This document shows, one piece after another, positions 1 through 13,620 of a DNA stretch of 64,000 nucleotides. Source of the stretch: Octopus sinensis. Lineage: Eukaryota. The stretch lies in assembly GCF_006345805.1 (NCBI RefSeq), contig NC_043012.1, positions 3,286,001 to 3,350,000 of the forward strand, in the 5' to 3' direction. Made by a program: the position numbers and the translations under genes. Each line of letters begins with the position of its first letter. Position 1 is the first letter of the stretch. Below the pieces are notes generated by a model, which saw only the letters and a program-made list of their open reading frames with translations, ran no database searches and was not told the DNA's origin.

Positions 1-1196
1 ATTCATGAGGCACCCATTTTCCAAAGCTTGGTATGAAGAAAGATGTACAGTTAGACCTTTACAGCTGCTTCAAGAATGATGTGCCATTGATGCATTTTCC
101 TGCCAGTGTTTGAGGGGCAATTTATTCTCCCATAGTATATAACAACCGTTTTGCCAATATTTTATTGGTGCATTCTTAGATTGCATCATGGCAAAATACT
201 ACCATCTTCAGGTAAATTTTAGACATACAAGCAGGTAAAGCAGAAGTAGAAGTGACTAATTCATCAACAATCATGGTGGAACAAGTGATATTTTGAGAAA
301 ACACCATAGCATTTATAGGGAAAATGGAGCAGAAATATAGAGAGCAACTAGTTCTGTAGTTCAGTTGTAAAAAATGCTTTTCCTCAAACATTTTAGCAGA
401 ATAATTCTTATTTGTTATGGAGATGTACTTGCATAGCAAGTGACCTGATTTGAGATCATTTGCTAGAACGAAAACAATTGCAGTGTGGAAGATGCAGCAT
501 GGAATTTTGTCAGTGAACAGGTCGCGGTCTCAAAGAGACGAAAATATTTTGACAAATTAAATTTATATGTTGAAGTGAATCTAATGGTTTTTGTGTGTTT
601 CTTAAATGGCTTATAAACACCTTCCATGCTGCAATTCTTATTTACACCTTTGAAAATATACCTCTGCAAAATTTTATTTAAAAACATGCTCTTTTCAGAA
701 ATTTATGAGGAAACTAAACTGTAGTTATGCCTAAGTATTGTAGCCATACAATCATCTAACCATAGCCAGTCATTAAAGGCTGACTTTCTTTAATCAATAT
801 TTTTAAAGTTAAAAAGAAAATTTTGTGAATTCTGAAAGTCTGATGTTAAAAAAAGAAATTGAAAAATCTTAATCTTTTTTTTAAGACATAATAATAGTAA
901 AAAAAAAAACATTAAGACTGGAGAAGTTAATAACTGTTTACTCTATAACAAATAAGTTCTAGTTTTGTTGCATGTTGTGAGGGTCATTCTGCCAATAATA
1001 AACTCTTGCACTGGTTCTATTTCACTTTTTATAATTCCTTAATCAGATAACAATTTAGCCAATTAACCAAAGCAATTGTTTAATTGTTTGTCTAATCACC
1101 AACATGCAAATTCACATCTAGAATCTTGGAAACCAAATCCAAAAATGAAATAATTCTTGGACTATTTAGGAAAATGTAACTTTCAAGACATTATAC
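1..1196 (-). other. Possible terminal exon / 3' UTR of the minus-strand gene
   Basis: Acceptor ttgttgttgtttcag at 1197, with early stops in all three frames. The 1.2 kb beyond it is free of the SINEs and microsatellites that fill the introns. Confidence 0.3.
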
Positions 1197-4187
1197 CTGA
1201 AACAACAACAAAGATAGCCTTTTTGTCATCACAGGTTTTGTTTGATTAAGGTTTACCTGGGGCTCAAATATAACAACAATCATCATCATCATCATTCAAA
1301 GCTGATAAGACTTTGGTGCAAAGGCATAGGCAATGAAATCAAACTCAGTACACAATAGGCAGAGCAAGGAGGGTAAAGTATGATGGAGCAGGGAGGAGTA
1401 CATGGTTTCTTGACTTACTAGAAATAGCAGTCAAGTCTCTCTCAAATCACACCGTACCAGTTTCAAAGAAGGAAGGGCACTTTGGATAATGTGGTCCTAC
1501 ATATATCTCTGGAAGAAAAGACGAGAGAGTAATGGTTGACTTATCTATCATGGGCCTGTGATGGCGAGTTGGCAGAAAGGTTAGCACACCGGGCGAAATG
1601 TGTTACCGTATTTCGTCTGCCGTTACGTTCCGAGTTCAAATTCCGCCGAGGTCGACTTTGCCTTTCATCCTTCCGGGGTCGATAAATTAAGTACCAGTTA
1701 CGCACTGGGGTCGATGTAATCGACTTATTCCCTTTGTCTGTCCTTGTTTGTCTCCTCTGTGTTTAGCCCCTTGTGGGTAATAAAGAAATATATCATGTTG
1801 GGCCTGCTTGACCAAGCCTGACCTGACATTAAACAACAACTGTTGGTAGTTCATTTACGAACTCTTATGAGTTGTTGTTTAACCCCAGGTCAACTCTGGT
1901 CCAGTGAATCTATGGTCAGGCATTCCTACTATGACCATCCTTTTGTTTTCAAAGGCAGTGCACCCAGGAACCACATCCAGTGTGTTCTTTTCAGAGACGG
2001 TGGGGTCTCAGCTTGAATGCTGTTGTAGATGACTTTGCTGTTCATTCTTGCCCTATGAAGAAGTTTTCACTCACTAGAAATAGCAGTCAAATATTCCTCG
2101 TGTGCTGAACCAAAGGCATGAGTCAATAAGCAAGCAATCCTCTGTACAGTCAACTGACCAAGAAAACTCACAGCCAAATCTCCTTCAAACCATCAACACA
2201 AAATACTTTGCACCTTTAAAGATATGCGGCATAAGAGATCCCTTAACTTGGAAAATAGATAAGAGTTATCAACAGGATAGACATCAGAGTGTAAAACAGT
2301 GCCTCATTAATATATTCTCCTAACCCATGCCAGTATGTAAAAATGGAAGGAAAAATGAACAAATGAAGATATACATACAGTCATATATATATTATATACA
2401 CACACATAAACATATACATATACATACATATATGTATATATATATATATATATTCCCAGCTGCATGGTTCCTGATTCAGTCCCACTGTGTGGCACCTTGG
2501 GCAAGTGTCTTCTATTATAGCCTCGGGCCGACCCAAGTCTTGTGAGTGAATTTTTTAGATGGAAACTAAAAGAACCCCGTCATATGTGTGTTTGTGTGTC
2601 TGTGATTGTCCCCCACCATAAACACTTGACAACCGATGTTGGTGTGTTTACGTCCCCATAAAGTGACCGATAGAATAAGTACTAGGGTCAATTTGTTCGA
2701 CTAAAGGCAGTGCTCCAGCATTGCCGCAGTCAAATGACTGAAACAAATAAAGGAATAAATAAATATATATATATACACACACATACATACATGTATATAT
2801 ATGTGTGTATGTATTATATATATATATATGTGTGTGTGTGTGTATATATGTGTGTGCATATATGTGTGTGAAACTTTTGTATCTCTGCCGTAGGGCTTCA
2901 TTTCCACATGCACCAGCTTAATTCAATTCGTCCTTATTCGAAAGACACCTGTTGTTATGTCCTGTTATTATTCTTATTGTATTTTTTATTGTATTATATT
3001 TGTGTAACATTGTCCGTTTTTTCCATCCTTGATTTTGTATACATTTGTTGCTTTCTTCCAAGGAAGCTAATGCTCTTAGCTTAGTTTTTCCTTGGGGCTG
3101 GCCAGATTGGAGCAATCTCAAGAATAATCAGCCAAAATTGCGAGGATAATCTGGTTCTTGACTGAAGATAGAAAACTTTGAATAACCCGTCCATATTTTT
3201 TTTGTATCATCTATCTGGATGTTTTGTTGTCCCTTTTTGTATCACCTAGTTGTCCGGATGTTTTGCAATCTCATCCCATTTTGTATTTTATATATATATG
3301 TATCATCATCATCATCATCGTCGTTTAACGTCCGTTCTCCATGCTAGCATGGGTTGGACGGTTCGACCGGGGATCTGGGAAGCCAGGAGGCTGCTCCAGG
3401 CCCAGTCTGATCTGGCAGTGTTTCTACAGCTGGATGCCCTTCCTAACGCCAACCACTCCGTGAGTGTAGTGGGTGCTTTTTACGTGCCACCTGCACAGGT
3501 GCCAGGCGAGGCTGGCAATGGCCACGGTCGGATTGGTGTATTTTATGTGCCACCGGCACGGAAGCCAGACGAGGCGGTGCTGGCATCGGCTACGAGTCGG
3601 ATGGTGCTTTTTACGTGCCACCAGACCAGGGATCCTGGCTGGTTCAATCGATTTCGATTTCGATTTCGCTTGCCCCAACATGTCTTCGCAAGCAAGGGGT
3701 TGGCATGGTGCCTGTTGTACGGTCAGATTGGTGTATTTTACGTGCCACCGGCACGGAAGCCAGTGGAGGCGGCACTGGCATCGGCCACGAGTCGGATAGT
3801 GCTTTTTACGTACCACCAGACCAATTTAAAAAGCACCAAAAGTAATTGATAAAAACAAGCAAAGCATTACAATATATAATTAGGTATGATTTTTGCTCAT
3901 AATGCTCGTTAATCATACTTCCATTCAACGATGTATACAAATTGTAATAAAATTAGTTTAAAAGTCATGACAGTTATTTAATAATTTTAAACAAATTTTA
4001 TTTTCATAATTCATAATTATAATCTATAATAATAATAATAATAATAATAAAAGACATATTTTTACCCCAGGATTTTCCTTTATGCTGGAATTGCTAAATA
4101 TATGTATCATAGTATATTAAAAAATGGAGGTGGAAAAATTTGAAGATATACAAAAGATTAAACAAAGATATATAAATATATATATTC

Positions 4188-4227
<40 letters not shown>

Positions 4228-4249
4228 CTAAAAATACATATTGTACATA

Positions 4250-5313
4250 GGAGTAGGTATCAAAAAGTTCCCGAACTAACTCTGTAGCACATCAACAGAT
4301 GACAGCACATGGTTATGTATGCAGTGAGAGATAACGGTGACCTTCGTGAGGAAGTGTTCCAAGTGACATCACTGTGTTTACTTCGCAATTTTTTGTCATG
4401 GACAGGAAGTTGGAACAAAGAGCCAATGTGAAATTTTGCATTAAACTTGGGAAGTCTGCTGCAGAGCCATTGAAGATGCTTCTGCAAGCTTATGGCGATG
4501 AGTCAATGGGTCGTACACAATGCTTTCCAGTGGCGTGCAACTCAACCAAGAGCATGCTTATTGTTTTTTTTTTCAACATCCATGGTATTGTGCATCGAGA
4601 ATTCATCCCCCTGGGCCAGACTGTCAATTAAGAGTTCTACTACGATGTTTTGAAGTGCTTGAGGGAGGACATTCAGTAAAAGCAATTAGATCTCTGGAAC
4701 ATGAAGAACCAGATTCTCCATGAAGATAATGCACCATGTCAGTGACGTCTCCTCACTGAGGAGCTTCTCACCCAAACCAACATGGTATCGTTTCCACACC
4801 TGTCCTATTCACCAGATTTAGCACCTGCAGACTTCCATCTCTTCCTCAAGATAAAAGGCGGCAAACTTGCAGAAACGTTAGCACGCTGGGCGAAATACTT
4901 AGCGGTATTCCGTCTGCCATTCTGAGTTCAAATACCGCCGAGGTCAACTTTACCTTACATCCTTTCCGGGTCGATAAATTAAGTACCAGTTACGCACTGG
5001 GGATCAATATAATCACTTTAATCCCTTTGTCTGTCCTTGTTTGTCCCCTCTATGTTTAGCCCCTTGTGGGCAATAAAGAAATAAGATGAAAATGCAGCTC
5101 AAAGGTTGCCATTTTAACACTGGTGTCGAGATCAAGAGCAAATTGCAGAAAGTCCTCAACTCACTTACGGAAAACAACTTCCATACTGGATTCCAAAGGT
5201 GGCAGGAACACTGGAACAAGGTGACTATTTCAAAGGAGATGATGTTAAAACTTAGGCAAATAAGTTATTTTGTATTAAACGTAACTAGTCCAGGAACTTT
5301 TTGATACCACCTC
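4250..5313 (+). mobile_element. Internally deleted mariner transposon with a SINE inserted
   Basis: TIRs GGTATCAAAAAGTTCC ... GGAACTTTTTGATACC with flanking TA. Transposase remnants MDRKLEQRANVKFCIKLGKSAAE, KSMLIVFF.IHGIVHREFIP.GQTVN, LHEDNAP, YSPDLAPADFHLF. A tRNA-type SINE interrupts it at about 4855-5086. Confidence 0.9.
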
Positions 5314-6415
5314 ATATATATATGTGTGTATATATCCTTAAATATTCTTGTAAAAATAAAAAGTGATAATAGAATTATCTTTAACCAGACAAGTGTATTC
5401 TTTCTAATTATAGCACAAGGACAGCAATTTTGAGAGGTGGAAGATGTTGATTACACTGTTATTTAGTCAACCCCAAAAGGACAAAAATCAAAGCTAACCT
5501 CAGCAGCATTTGAACTCACAAACATAAAGAGTCAGCAGAAATGCTGCTAAGCATTTTGTCTGATGCAGTAACAATTTTAACAACTCATTGCTGTATCCTT
5601 GTTATATTATTAGATATATATTACTATATGTTATATGAATGTTAAACTATATAAGCTACTGAGAAATATTGTTTTTGATGAGGCATTCATAGCTGAGGTT
5701 TTTTATGTTCACATTTTTAAAGAAATGAAAATAAAATAATCTCCCCTAACAGGAATAATATATAAGGAAATAAAAAGTGAAGAAATAAAGAGATGTGTAA
5801 CTTAAACCCAAGTCCCCATATTGACAATACCTCAGCTAAATGTTTTGATGACCTAATATGATCTGGTTAAAAGGTCTTCAAGTTATGTAGTTAACCAGAT
5901 ATACATGTATACACTACCAGATATCTATATGCGTGTGTATATACATATGTATGTACATACATGTGCACATATGAACGGAGGAACTCTTGAGAGTCAATGG
6001 CCATCCAATAAGTGTCTTAAGGCTGTCTCATGCGTGGGGACATAGAAATAAATGGACTGAATACCCGATCGCGCGGTTAAACCATTGGGAATGAAGGACT
6101 CCTAGCCTTTGTTAGGGTATCCTTCTAGGAGAAGGTAACTCAGGTAACTGGGATAACTCCGACATAAAACCTGCAGCTCAGTGGTTACCGATGATGTTGA
6201 TTTGTTCTTCTTTTCGGATTATGGCTGCTGTTGCTTAGTGAGTGGGATTGACTCAGTGCACAGCCTTTCCTCACTTAAAAAAAATCCTCTTGCACAGGCA
6301 TTGCACGATAACAACATTGATTAAGCTTTGCGCAATGGCCATACTCGATAACGAGGGGGCAGCCACCACATATGAACACACATACTTTTTTGTATATACA
6401 CACACACTCTCACAA

Positions 6416-6447
<32 letters not shown>

Positions 6448-8470
6448 TGTACATGCATTTGTATTAATTTCAGGATCATATTATATATTACAAGAAGTCA
6501 AAAAGTATCAAAAGTACATCTACAGCCTAATCACTGACTCAGTTTCACTTCACTGACCAGCATGTTCAGTGTGCACATATAATGTATAATGCCATCATAA
6601 AGTATGTAAATGAATATATAATAACACACACGTGTCTGTAGTTGGTCAGTGTTATTGTTTCAAGTTCAGTACACAAAAATCTCAGATCAAGTCCACACAC
6701 ACACACAGACACACACACATACACTTATGTATAATCATCATCATCATCGTCGTCGTTGTTGTCGTTAAATGTTTGTTTTCTATGCTGGCATGGGTTGGAC
6801 AGTTTGACAGGATATGAGTCAGATGACTGCATCAAGATCTAGTGTCTGCATTGGTATAGTTTCTACAGCTGGATGCCCTTCCTAATGTCAACCATTCTAC
6901 AGTGTGTACGGGGTGCTCTCTTCATGCCACCAGCAGTAGTGACTTCACTATGTAACTTACAGGATGAGAAAAGAACAGGCAATAGGAAAATGTCACCTCG
7001 GGGTGAGTTACTGAGAGGGGATGGGTGGTTTTATGCTAGGTGTTGAGAAACTAAAGTGCTATCTGTCTATAGAGGAGATACATGGCTACCCTATTTTATA
7101 CAACAGTTGGTGGAAATAGCTGGAATGGAGGTAGAGATGGTGGTAATGAGATGTCAGGTCATTTAAAGATACAAAATGTTGAGTGCACATATATATATAG
7201 AGAGAGAGACACAGAAGTCTGGTGCAGGTTCCTGCCTGGCCAGCACCTGTCAAACCGTCCATCCCATGCCAGCATGGAAGGCGGACGTTAAACGAAGATG
7301 ATGATGACAACGATTATGATGATGATGATAATGACAGACAGACAGACAAACAGATAGATGGATAAATAGATGACAAGAGAACAAGAAACCATGTCAGAAA
7401 ATTCGGTAGGTTGCGGTTCTTTCTGCTACTTCATTTTTAAAGCTCTGATGAAGCTATAAGGTGATGCACAAACACTCAAATATGAGTGCATTGCAACTTA
7501 TAACAGAAACTGCTGTGAGCTTATGAAGCACATGACACAATTTCGACCATTCTAATCTATTATTATGCTCTATACTCAACTAATGCTTCTCTCTGAAGCA
7601 TAGAGATATTTAGTTCTAACACCAGGTTATTAGTATTGCTATGCCTAAGCAATATATATATATATATAAATTCAGCAAAAATTTAGATTTGAATGAATAT
7701 AGTACTTAATTTAGATGCACCAGAATTTTGTATGGTGTTATCCATAAAAATTTGTGGGGTGATTATAATCAAAATAAGCAACAAGAATTACTCCGGTAAT
7801 TTGGTACAATTGTTTCACACTACATTATTTTATTAAATGTTGTAAGTATTACAACAGATTTAAGATGCTGAGTATTCATCAGCCAATTATAGAGGTTTTC
7901 CATTAATACAAAAGTTTTCAAATCAAGTGGCAACATTATAGAGGAAGTAGATATACAGACAAAGATGTAGATTTAAATTTTAAGAACATATGAATGAAGT
8001 CCAGCCACTGTATATGACTTCAGAGAAAAATTGGGTATAAGAGGCATGAGGTGTTGTGTGCAAGAGAGAAGACTGTGTTGGTTTGGTCATGTGATGCATA
8101 TGGATGAGGACAGCTGCATCTAATTGTGGAGGGACCCAGGAAGATGTGGGACAAAGTGGTGAGAAAGGATCTTCAGACACTGAGGAAATGACAAGGGACT
8201 GAGAGTTGTTGTGATTTGCTGTACTTGAGAAGATACATCAAGCTGCTAAGTAACATTGCTGTCATCCATACATACAGGTTTATCCTTTACAGGTGCCAGT
8301 GTCATGTAAATTGCATTTGTGCCGGTGGCGCATGAATGTACTCGTGCCAGTGGAATGTAAAAAGCACCCAGCACACTCTGTAATGTGGCTGGCATTAGGA
8401 AGGGCATCCAGGTATAAAGACCTTGTCAGAACAGACACTATATCAATAACACACTATATCAATAACATAC

Positions 8471-8551
8471 ATCATTATCATAATCAGGTAAAATTTCTAC
8501 TGATCCAAAGCCTGGATCTCTCTGTCTCTTCAAGTATTCAGGTCTTTCATT
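8471..8551 (-). CDS. Cytoplasmic exon with Tyr motifs
   Basis: ttttttttttcag|NERPEYLKRQRDPGFGSVEILPDYDND|gtatgt; 81 nt, phase 0 to 0; only this frame is open. Confidence 0.7.
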
Positions 8552-8745
8552 CTGAAAAAAAAAAGACATGAAATAAATTATGTTAAAATCAACAATCTGA
8601 GTAAACAAAATTAAATAAGAAAGTCATACAAATAACTTAGTCACTGAAAGAAATTATGTTAAAATCAACAATCTGAGTAAACAAAATTAAATAAGAAAGT
8701 CATACAAATAACTTAGTCACTTAAAAATCAGATAATATGCATTTT

Positions 8746-9009
8746 TTATTTTCCAAAAGAATGTCTCAAAAAACCTCCCATGATTCTATCTGCAAAGTTG
8801 GGCCTCCTGTAAACGAATTTTGTCCCTAACACTGTTGAAGCAGCTCTCTGGGGTTTTGTAAATGTTTCTTTTGTTTGGAGGTGGACTTTGGGAGTTGAAG
8901 TTTGCTCAATAACAAACTGTACTTCTTTCATATCCAGGTGACTTTCAATTGCAGTATTTTTGTTTTTAATCAATTCAGTAATTAGACTGTGGCCATGTTG
9001 GGACACTAC
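8746..9009 (-). CDS. Cytoplasmic exon, possibly an alternative terminal exon
   Basis: Acceptor aatactttaag, phase 0; encodes VVSQHGHSLITELIKNKN...KFVYRRPNFADRIMGGFLRHSFGK*. The other two frames stop early. No convincing phase-0 donor found. AATAAA overlaps the stop. Confidence 0.65.
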   Translation of the reverse strand, partial: VVSQHGHSLITELIKNKNTAIESHLDMKEVQFVIEQTSTPKVHLQTKETFTKPQRAASTVLGTKFVYRRPNFADRIMGGFLRHSFGK

Positions 9010-9385
9010 CTTAAAGTATTTTAATCAAATGAATTGATCCCACTACTTATATTTTACTCAGCTTGGTACTTATTCAATTGGTCCTTTGCTGAACCACTAA
9101 ATTACAGGGACATAAACACACCAACACCGGTTGTTAAGCTGTGGTGGAGGACAAACACAAACAAAAAGATACACACACACACACACACACACACACTCAT
9201 ACACACACATCGCCATGATAGATCGCTAGACATCACACTTTCTTTATTTTCTCTCCTTGTTTCTTCCTGTAGAAGAGCGTAGGCTCAAAACATTAAAAAC
9301 TTTCTCACTTCCTGAGCGTTATACTGATACATCTGTTTGTTGTCTACACCACTTGTCTTCGTCTTTTGGTTTTTTTCTGAATTCT

Positions 9386-9419
<34 letters not shown>

Positions 9420-10276
9420 ATATATATATATATATATATGATGGGCTTCTTTCAGTTTCCATCAGCCAATCTACTCACAAGGCTTTGGTCAGCCCAAAGC
9501 TATACAAGAAGACACTTGCCCAAGGTGTCACATAATGCTGAATCTGGAACCATGTGTTTTGGAAGGAGACATTTCACCACACAGCCACGCCTGCTCCCAT
9601 TGTGTAAGTTGTTCACAAATGTGGTCTATACATAATCTGTTGTGATGTGTAGCGAACTCTCTTTTGTTCTCTTTCATTGTTTGTTGTAGAAAGACTGGGT
9701 TTTGAGGTAGAACTAACATGTTCGTGATAAACATCATGTATTATTTGTACATCATTGTTATTTTTGTCTGTTGACCAAATAGCTGTGACTCATTTATGTA
9801 TAATAATCACGAGTTACTAAGATACTAAGGTAAGACTCTATGACGATATGGCTGCTATTTATAGCAAGTTGAGCAATTGTAAAGAAATATCTTCATTGGC
9901 TCACTTTTTAGTGTTTAGTCACTGCTGCTCTTTTTGTTGTTTTTGTTCAGCCCTATATTAAACTTGATGAAATAGATTTACAATAAAAGACATTCCATCT
10001 GTGACTACCTCATCATTTTAGAACTATATCAAAATTACTGCATTATTAAATGCGTCCTTTCCTACATTAGAATCATAGAAAGTGGTTTGGGGGAGATTTA
10101 GCTGCTATTTCTAGCATGCAAGCACTCAAGTAGAAGCTGCCTTGTTGGAGATAGCAAGTGCTATCTCCAATCAAGAATTATTCAATGTTTTTGTTTTTTT
10201 TAAAATCTATTTATTATATATAGTAACATATTTTATAAAGTTATGAATTATGAGAAAAATATAAAATTGTACTCAC

Positions 10277-10283
10277 CGAGTTG
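10277..10283 (-). CDS. 7-nt microexon
   Basis: tactaaac branch-like motif, long pyrimidine tract, then ttctttcag|CAACTCG|gtgagt; phase 2 to 0; encodes (H)NS. Confidence 0.75.
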
Positions 10284-11264
10284 CTGAAAGAATTAAAAAG
10301 AAAAAAGAAAAAACTGTTTAGTAATTATTTTAATGAAAGTCAAGATATGTAACATTAATTTCAAATTTTGGTACAAGGCCAGCAATGCCAAAGGAGGGGA
10401 TAAGTCAATCACATCAACCCCAGTACTCAGCTGGTACTTATTTATTTATCCTGAAAAGGATGAAAGGCAAAGTCAACTTTGGCAGAATATGAACTCCGAA
10501 CATGAAGTTGGACGAAAACCACTTACCCAACACACTAGCAATTTTGCCAGCTCCACACTTTCAAGATGTATAATATTGATTTCAAATTTTGGCACTAGTG
10601 TCATGCAAATTGGCACCTGTGCTGGTGGCATGTAAAAGCACCCATTACACTCTCAGAGTGGTTGGCATTAGGAAGGGCATCCAGCTGTAGAAAACCATGA
10701 CAAATCAGACTGGAATCTGGTGCAGCCTTCCAGTATGCCAGCCCAGTTAAACCATCCAACCCATGACAGCATGGACAACGGATGTTAAATGATGATGATG
10801 ATGATGATTATGATATATATATAATATATGTATATATATATATATAATAAACCTTTACATAAATAAATAACGTGAAATCCATGAAGGGACGAACAAAAAG
10901 ACAAACGGGTCATTCAAAGCCTTCATTCTTCAGTCAGAAACTGATCCCTCATCGCAGATTTCAGCCGTTCAATTCTGAGATCCGCTCTGAATCAGCCAGC
11001 CACAGAAGGAAAGAATGCAACGCAACAGAGATGAACATGAAACGAAAAATCTTTTTTGGAGACAGTAACGGTTAAAAACATGGATGACACAGGTGCCCTA
11101 CGGCTTTGAGACAAAGAGAGAGACACAAAAACAATATCAGCAAGCGTGGAAAAATAATTACCTTTTCGGTGATAAGACACATGTTGAACAAGTGGCCGAT
11201 GGAAACAGAATGGCTGAGGCAGCAAGTCGCAAGAGGGTAAGATATATATATATATATATATATA

Positions 11265-11373
<109 letters not shown>

Positions 11374-11399
11374 GCACATTCACACACAGACCTGAGTGT

Positions 11400-12135
11400 G
11401 TATGTGTGTGTGGTGTTGCAACATGTCTTCTTGTGAACATGACCTGGGCATTATTGTCAACAGCGATTTGCGTTGGACAAAACACATTGCTAAAATTGCC
11501 AATAAGGCTGAGGGTGTCTTGGCATCACTCACCAAGTCCTTTGCGAGCCGCTCTCCGGCTATCTATCTGAGGCTTTATATAGCTATATACAGCCTCACCT
11601 GGAATTTGCATCACCGGTCTGGAACCCCTATTTTGCCCGGGATATTAATCATCTGGAAACCATTCAGTGATGTGCAACCAAGAGAATAACCTCCAGGCAT
11701 TTGCCATATTCTGAACGCCTTACGTCCTTGAGCATGGATACATTGAAACTCCGACATCTGGCAACTGACTTGGCAGACACCCATAAAATTATTAACCATC
11801 TTACTAACAATAACTCCGAGCATCTTTTCAAACTCCACCTGTCTAACACCTGTGGACATATTTACAAAGTCAGAAAACAGCACAGCTCCCATGACTTTCG
11901 CAAACATTTTTTCATGCTAAGAGTTGCTGAAGTATGGAACAGACTGCCGGCATCAGTTGTTAGTTGTTGGAGCACTGCATCCTTCAAAACTTCCATGCTT
12001 CCTGAGAATCACCAACACTACACCTGATTTTCTTCCTTCCATACACACTTTCCAGGCATTTGTACATTACTGCATTCGCTCCACAGGCACTATTGACAAG
12101 TTGTAGTGTACCTGAGCACTGTATACAATAATTTC
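11400..12135 (+). mobile_element. CR1-clade LINE 3' fragment
   Basis: [16 protein letters not shown]...PYSERLTSLSMDTLKLRHLATDL...HFFMLRVAEVWNRLPASVV, followed by the 3' UTR and a (TAT)n tail. Confidence 0.85.
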
Positions 12136-12421
12136 ATTATTATTATTAGTAGTAGTAGATCCCTCTTTACTTGCATCTATCCTGCAAACATTTATCCGCA
12201 GGTGCCCAGGCCATATCCATCTAGTCTGTAAGGAACAGTAAAGGCCATAAATACACACTTGTACTCCATTGTCTAATTTATTAACAAAAATGAAAAAAAA
12301 AAAATTAGATAATAAATTCCACCACACACTACACACCTTTTAACAACAGTTGCAGACAAAAAAGGAAATACAAAAAAAGCTATAGAATAAATGACAAACA
12401 AATATATAAGATATTACTTAC

Positions 12422-12437
12422 TGAATTTGTTGTCTGG
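12422..12437 (-). CDS. 16-nt microexon
   Basis: ttttttattttccag|CCAGACAACAAATTCA|gtaagt; phase 1 to 2; encodes (A)RQQI(H). Confidence 0.75.
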
Positions 12438-12525
12438 CTGGAAAATAAAAAAATAAAAAATAAACATAATACAAAGAAACAGCAAATTATAATTATCCAG
12501 GTTGTTAACCTCACTTTTAGAATGT

Positions 12526-12571
<46 letters not shown>

Positions 12572-13620
12572 CTAATATAGGATAAAATTTTTTGAAAAAT
12601 ATTCTATCAATGGCCAGCATATTAAAAAATACCTTTAAAGGTTAAATTGTTGTTTATAAATTTAACCGTTAAAGATATTTTTTAATATGCTGGCCATTGA
12701 TAGAATTTTTTTTGAAAATTTTATCCTATATCAGATGTAAATTTAATAGTGTTCACTTTTGGACTCTCTCACTCTATGAGAGTTTTCAGTCTGATCGCAC
12801 GTGTCTCGAGGTGTGCTGGAGAATTTCTATTTTGGATATATTTGGGGTACTTAGGTGTGCTCATGACTTAGTGTTTGCTTCTTCCATGGGTATAAGTAAG
12901 CATTTCATTTATTCCTTTGCTGCATTTATCACTGACGAAGAGAAGGTTCTTATGAATTAACTCTAAAATCGGGTCCGATATGATAATAACGGAATTTTTT
13001 AGTAATTTCTGTCAGCTTTCTTCGAAACACGTGCTTATAGTGATGAAATATATGGTTATTGACGATGTGTCTGTTTTCAGCATATTTGGCATGAGAAATT
13101 TTTTTCTTTTGCCCTTGTTTATAAGTTATATATATACACACACACACACATACATACACACATGCGTATGTACATACATACACCCCACACACACACATGT
13201 ATATATTAATTCAAAATTGTAGAACTCAAAGCATATAAAGGTAAAAAAATTAGTTAAAAACAATTTTGGTTAGGAAAAGTTAGAGGCTACCCATTTTATT
13301 CAAAACAAATTTTGTATAGAAAATGTCCATGCTATTATTCATAGCTTTCTCTACTTATTTCAAGTTCATCTGTTAGGAATGTATTATTTCGGCAACCTTT
13401 TCCTTGGATAAACATTGATGTCATGGAAAGGAAAGGCCTGCAAAGGCAACTGACAAGTTTTTTCCAAAAAGTCTTGCCAGACTTGGGTATACATGTCCAG
13501 ATACAAGATTAGCTTTTGACCAATGGAGACTGTCTATATTACTGTATACTGCAATCTGCTTCACACATGTGGCAATGGTGGTCCCACCACCACACTTGTA
13601 AACTAGGTAACTGCATACCA

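Noticed and set aside
176-687. Two minus-strand ORFs (87 and 74 aa) and a vague piggyBac-like look on plus
   Set aside because: No recognisable motifs or splice context; more simply explained as UTR or unique non-coding DNA.
4066-4093. Possible small exon (QFQHKGKSWG) linking 8471 to the terminal acceptor at 1196
   Set aside because: The phase fits, but the acceptor is weak and ambiguous (4084 versus 4093); not enough support.
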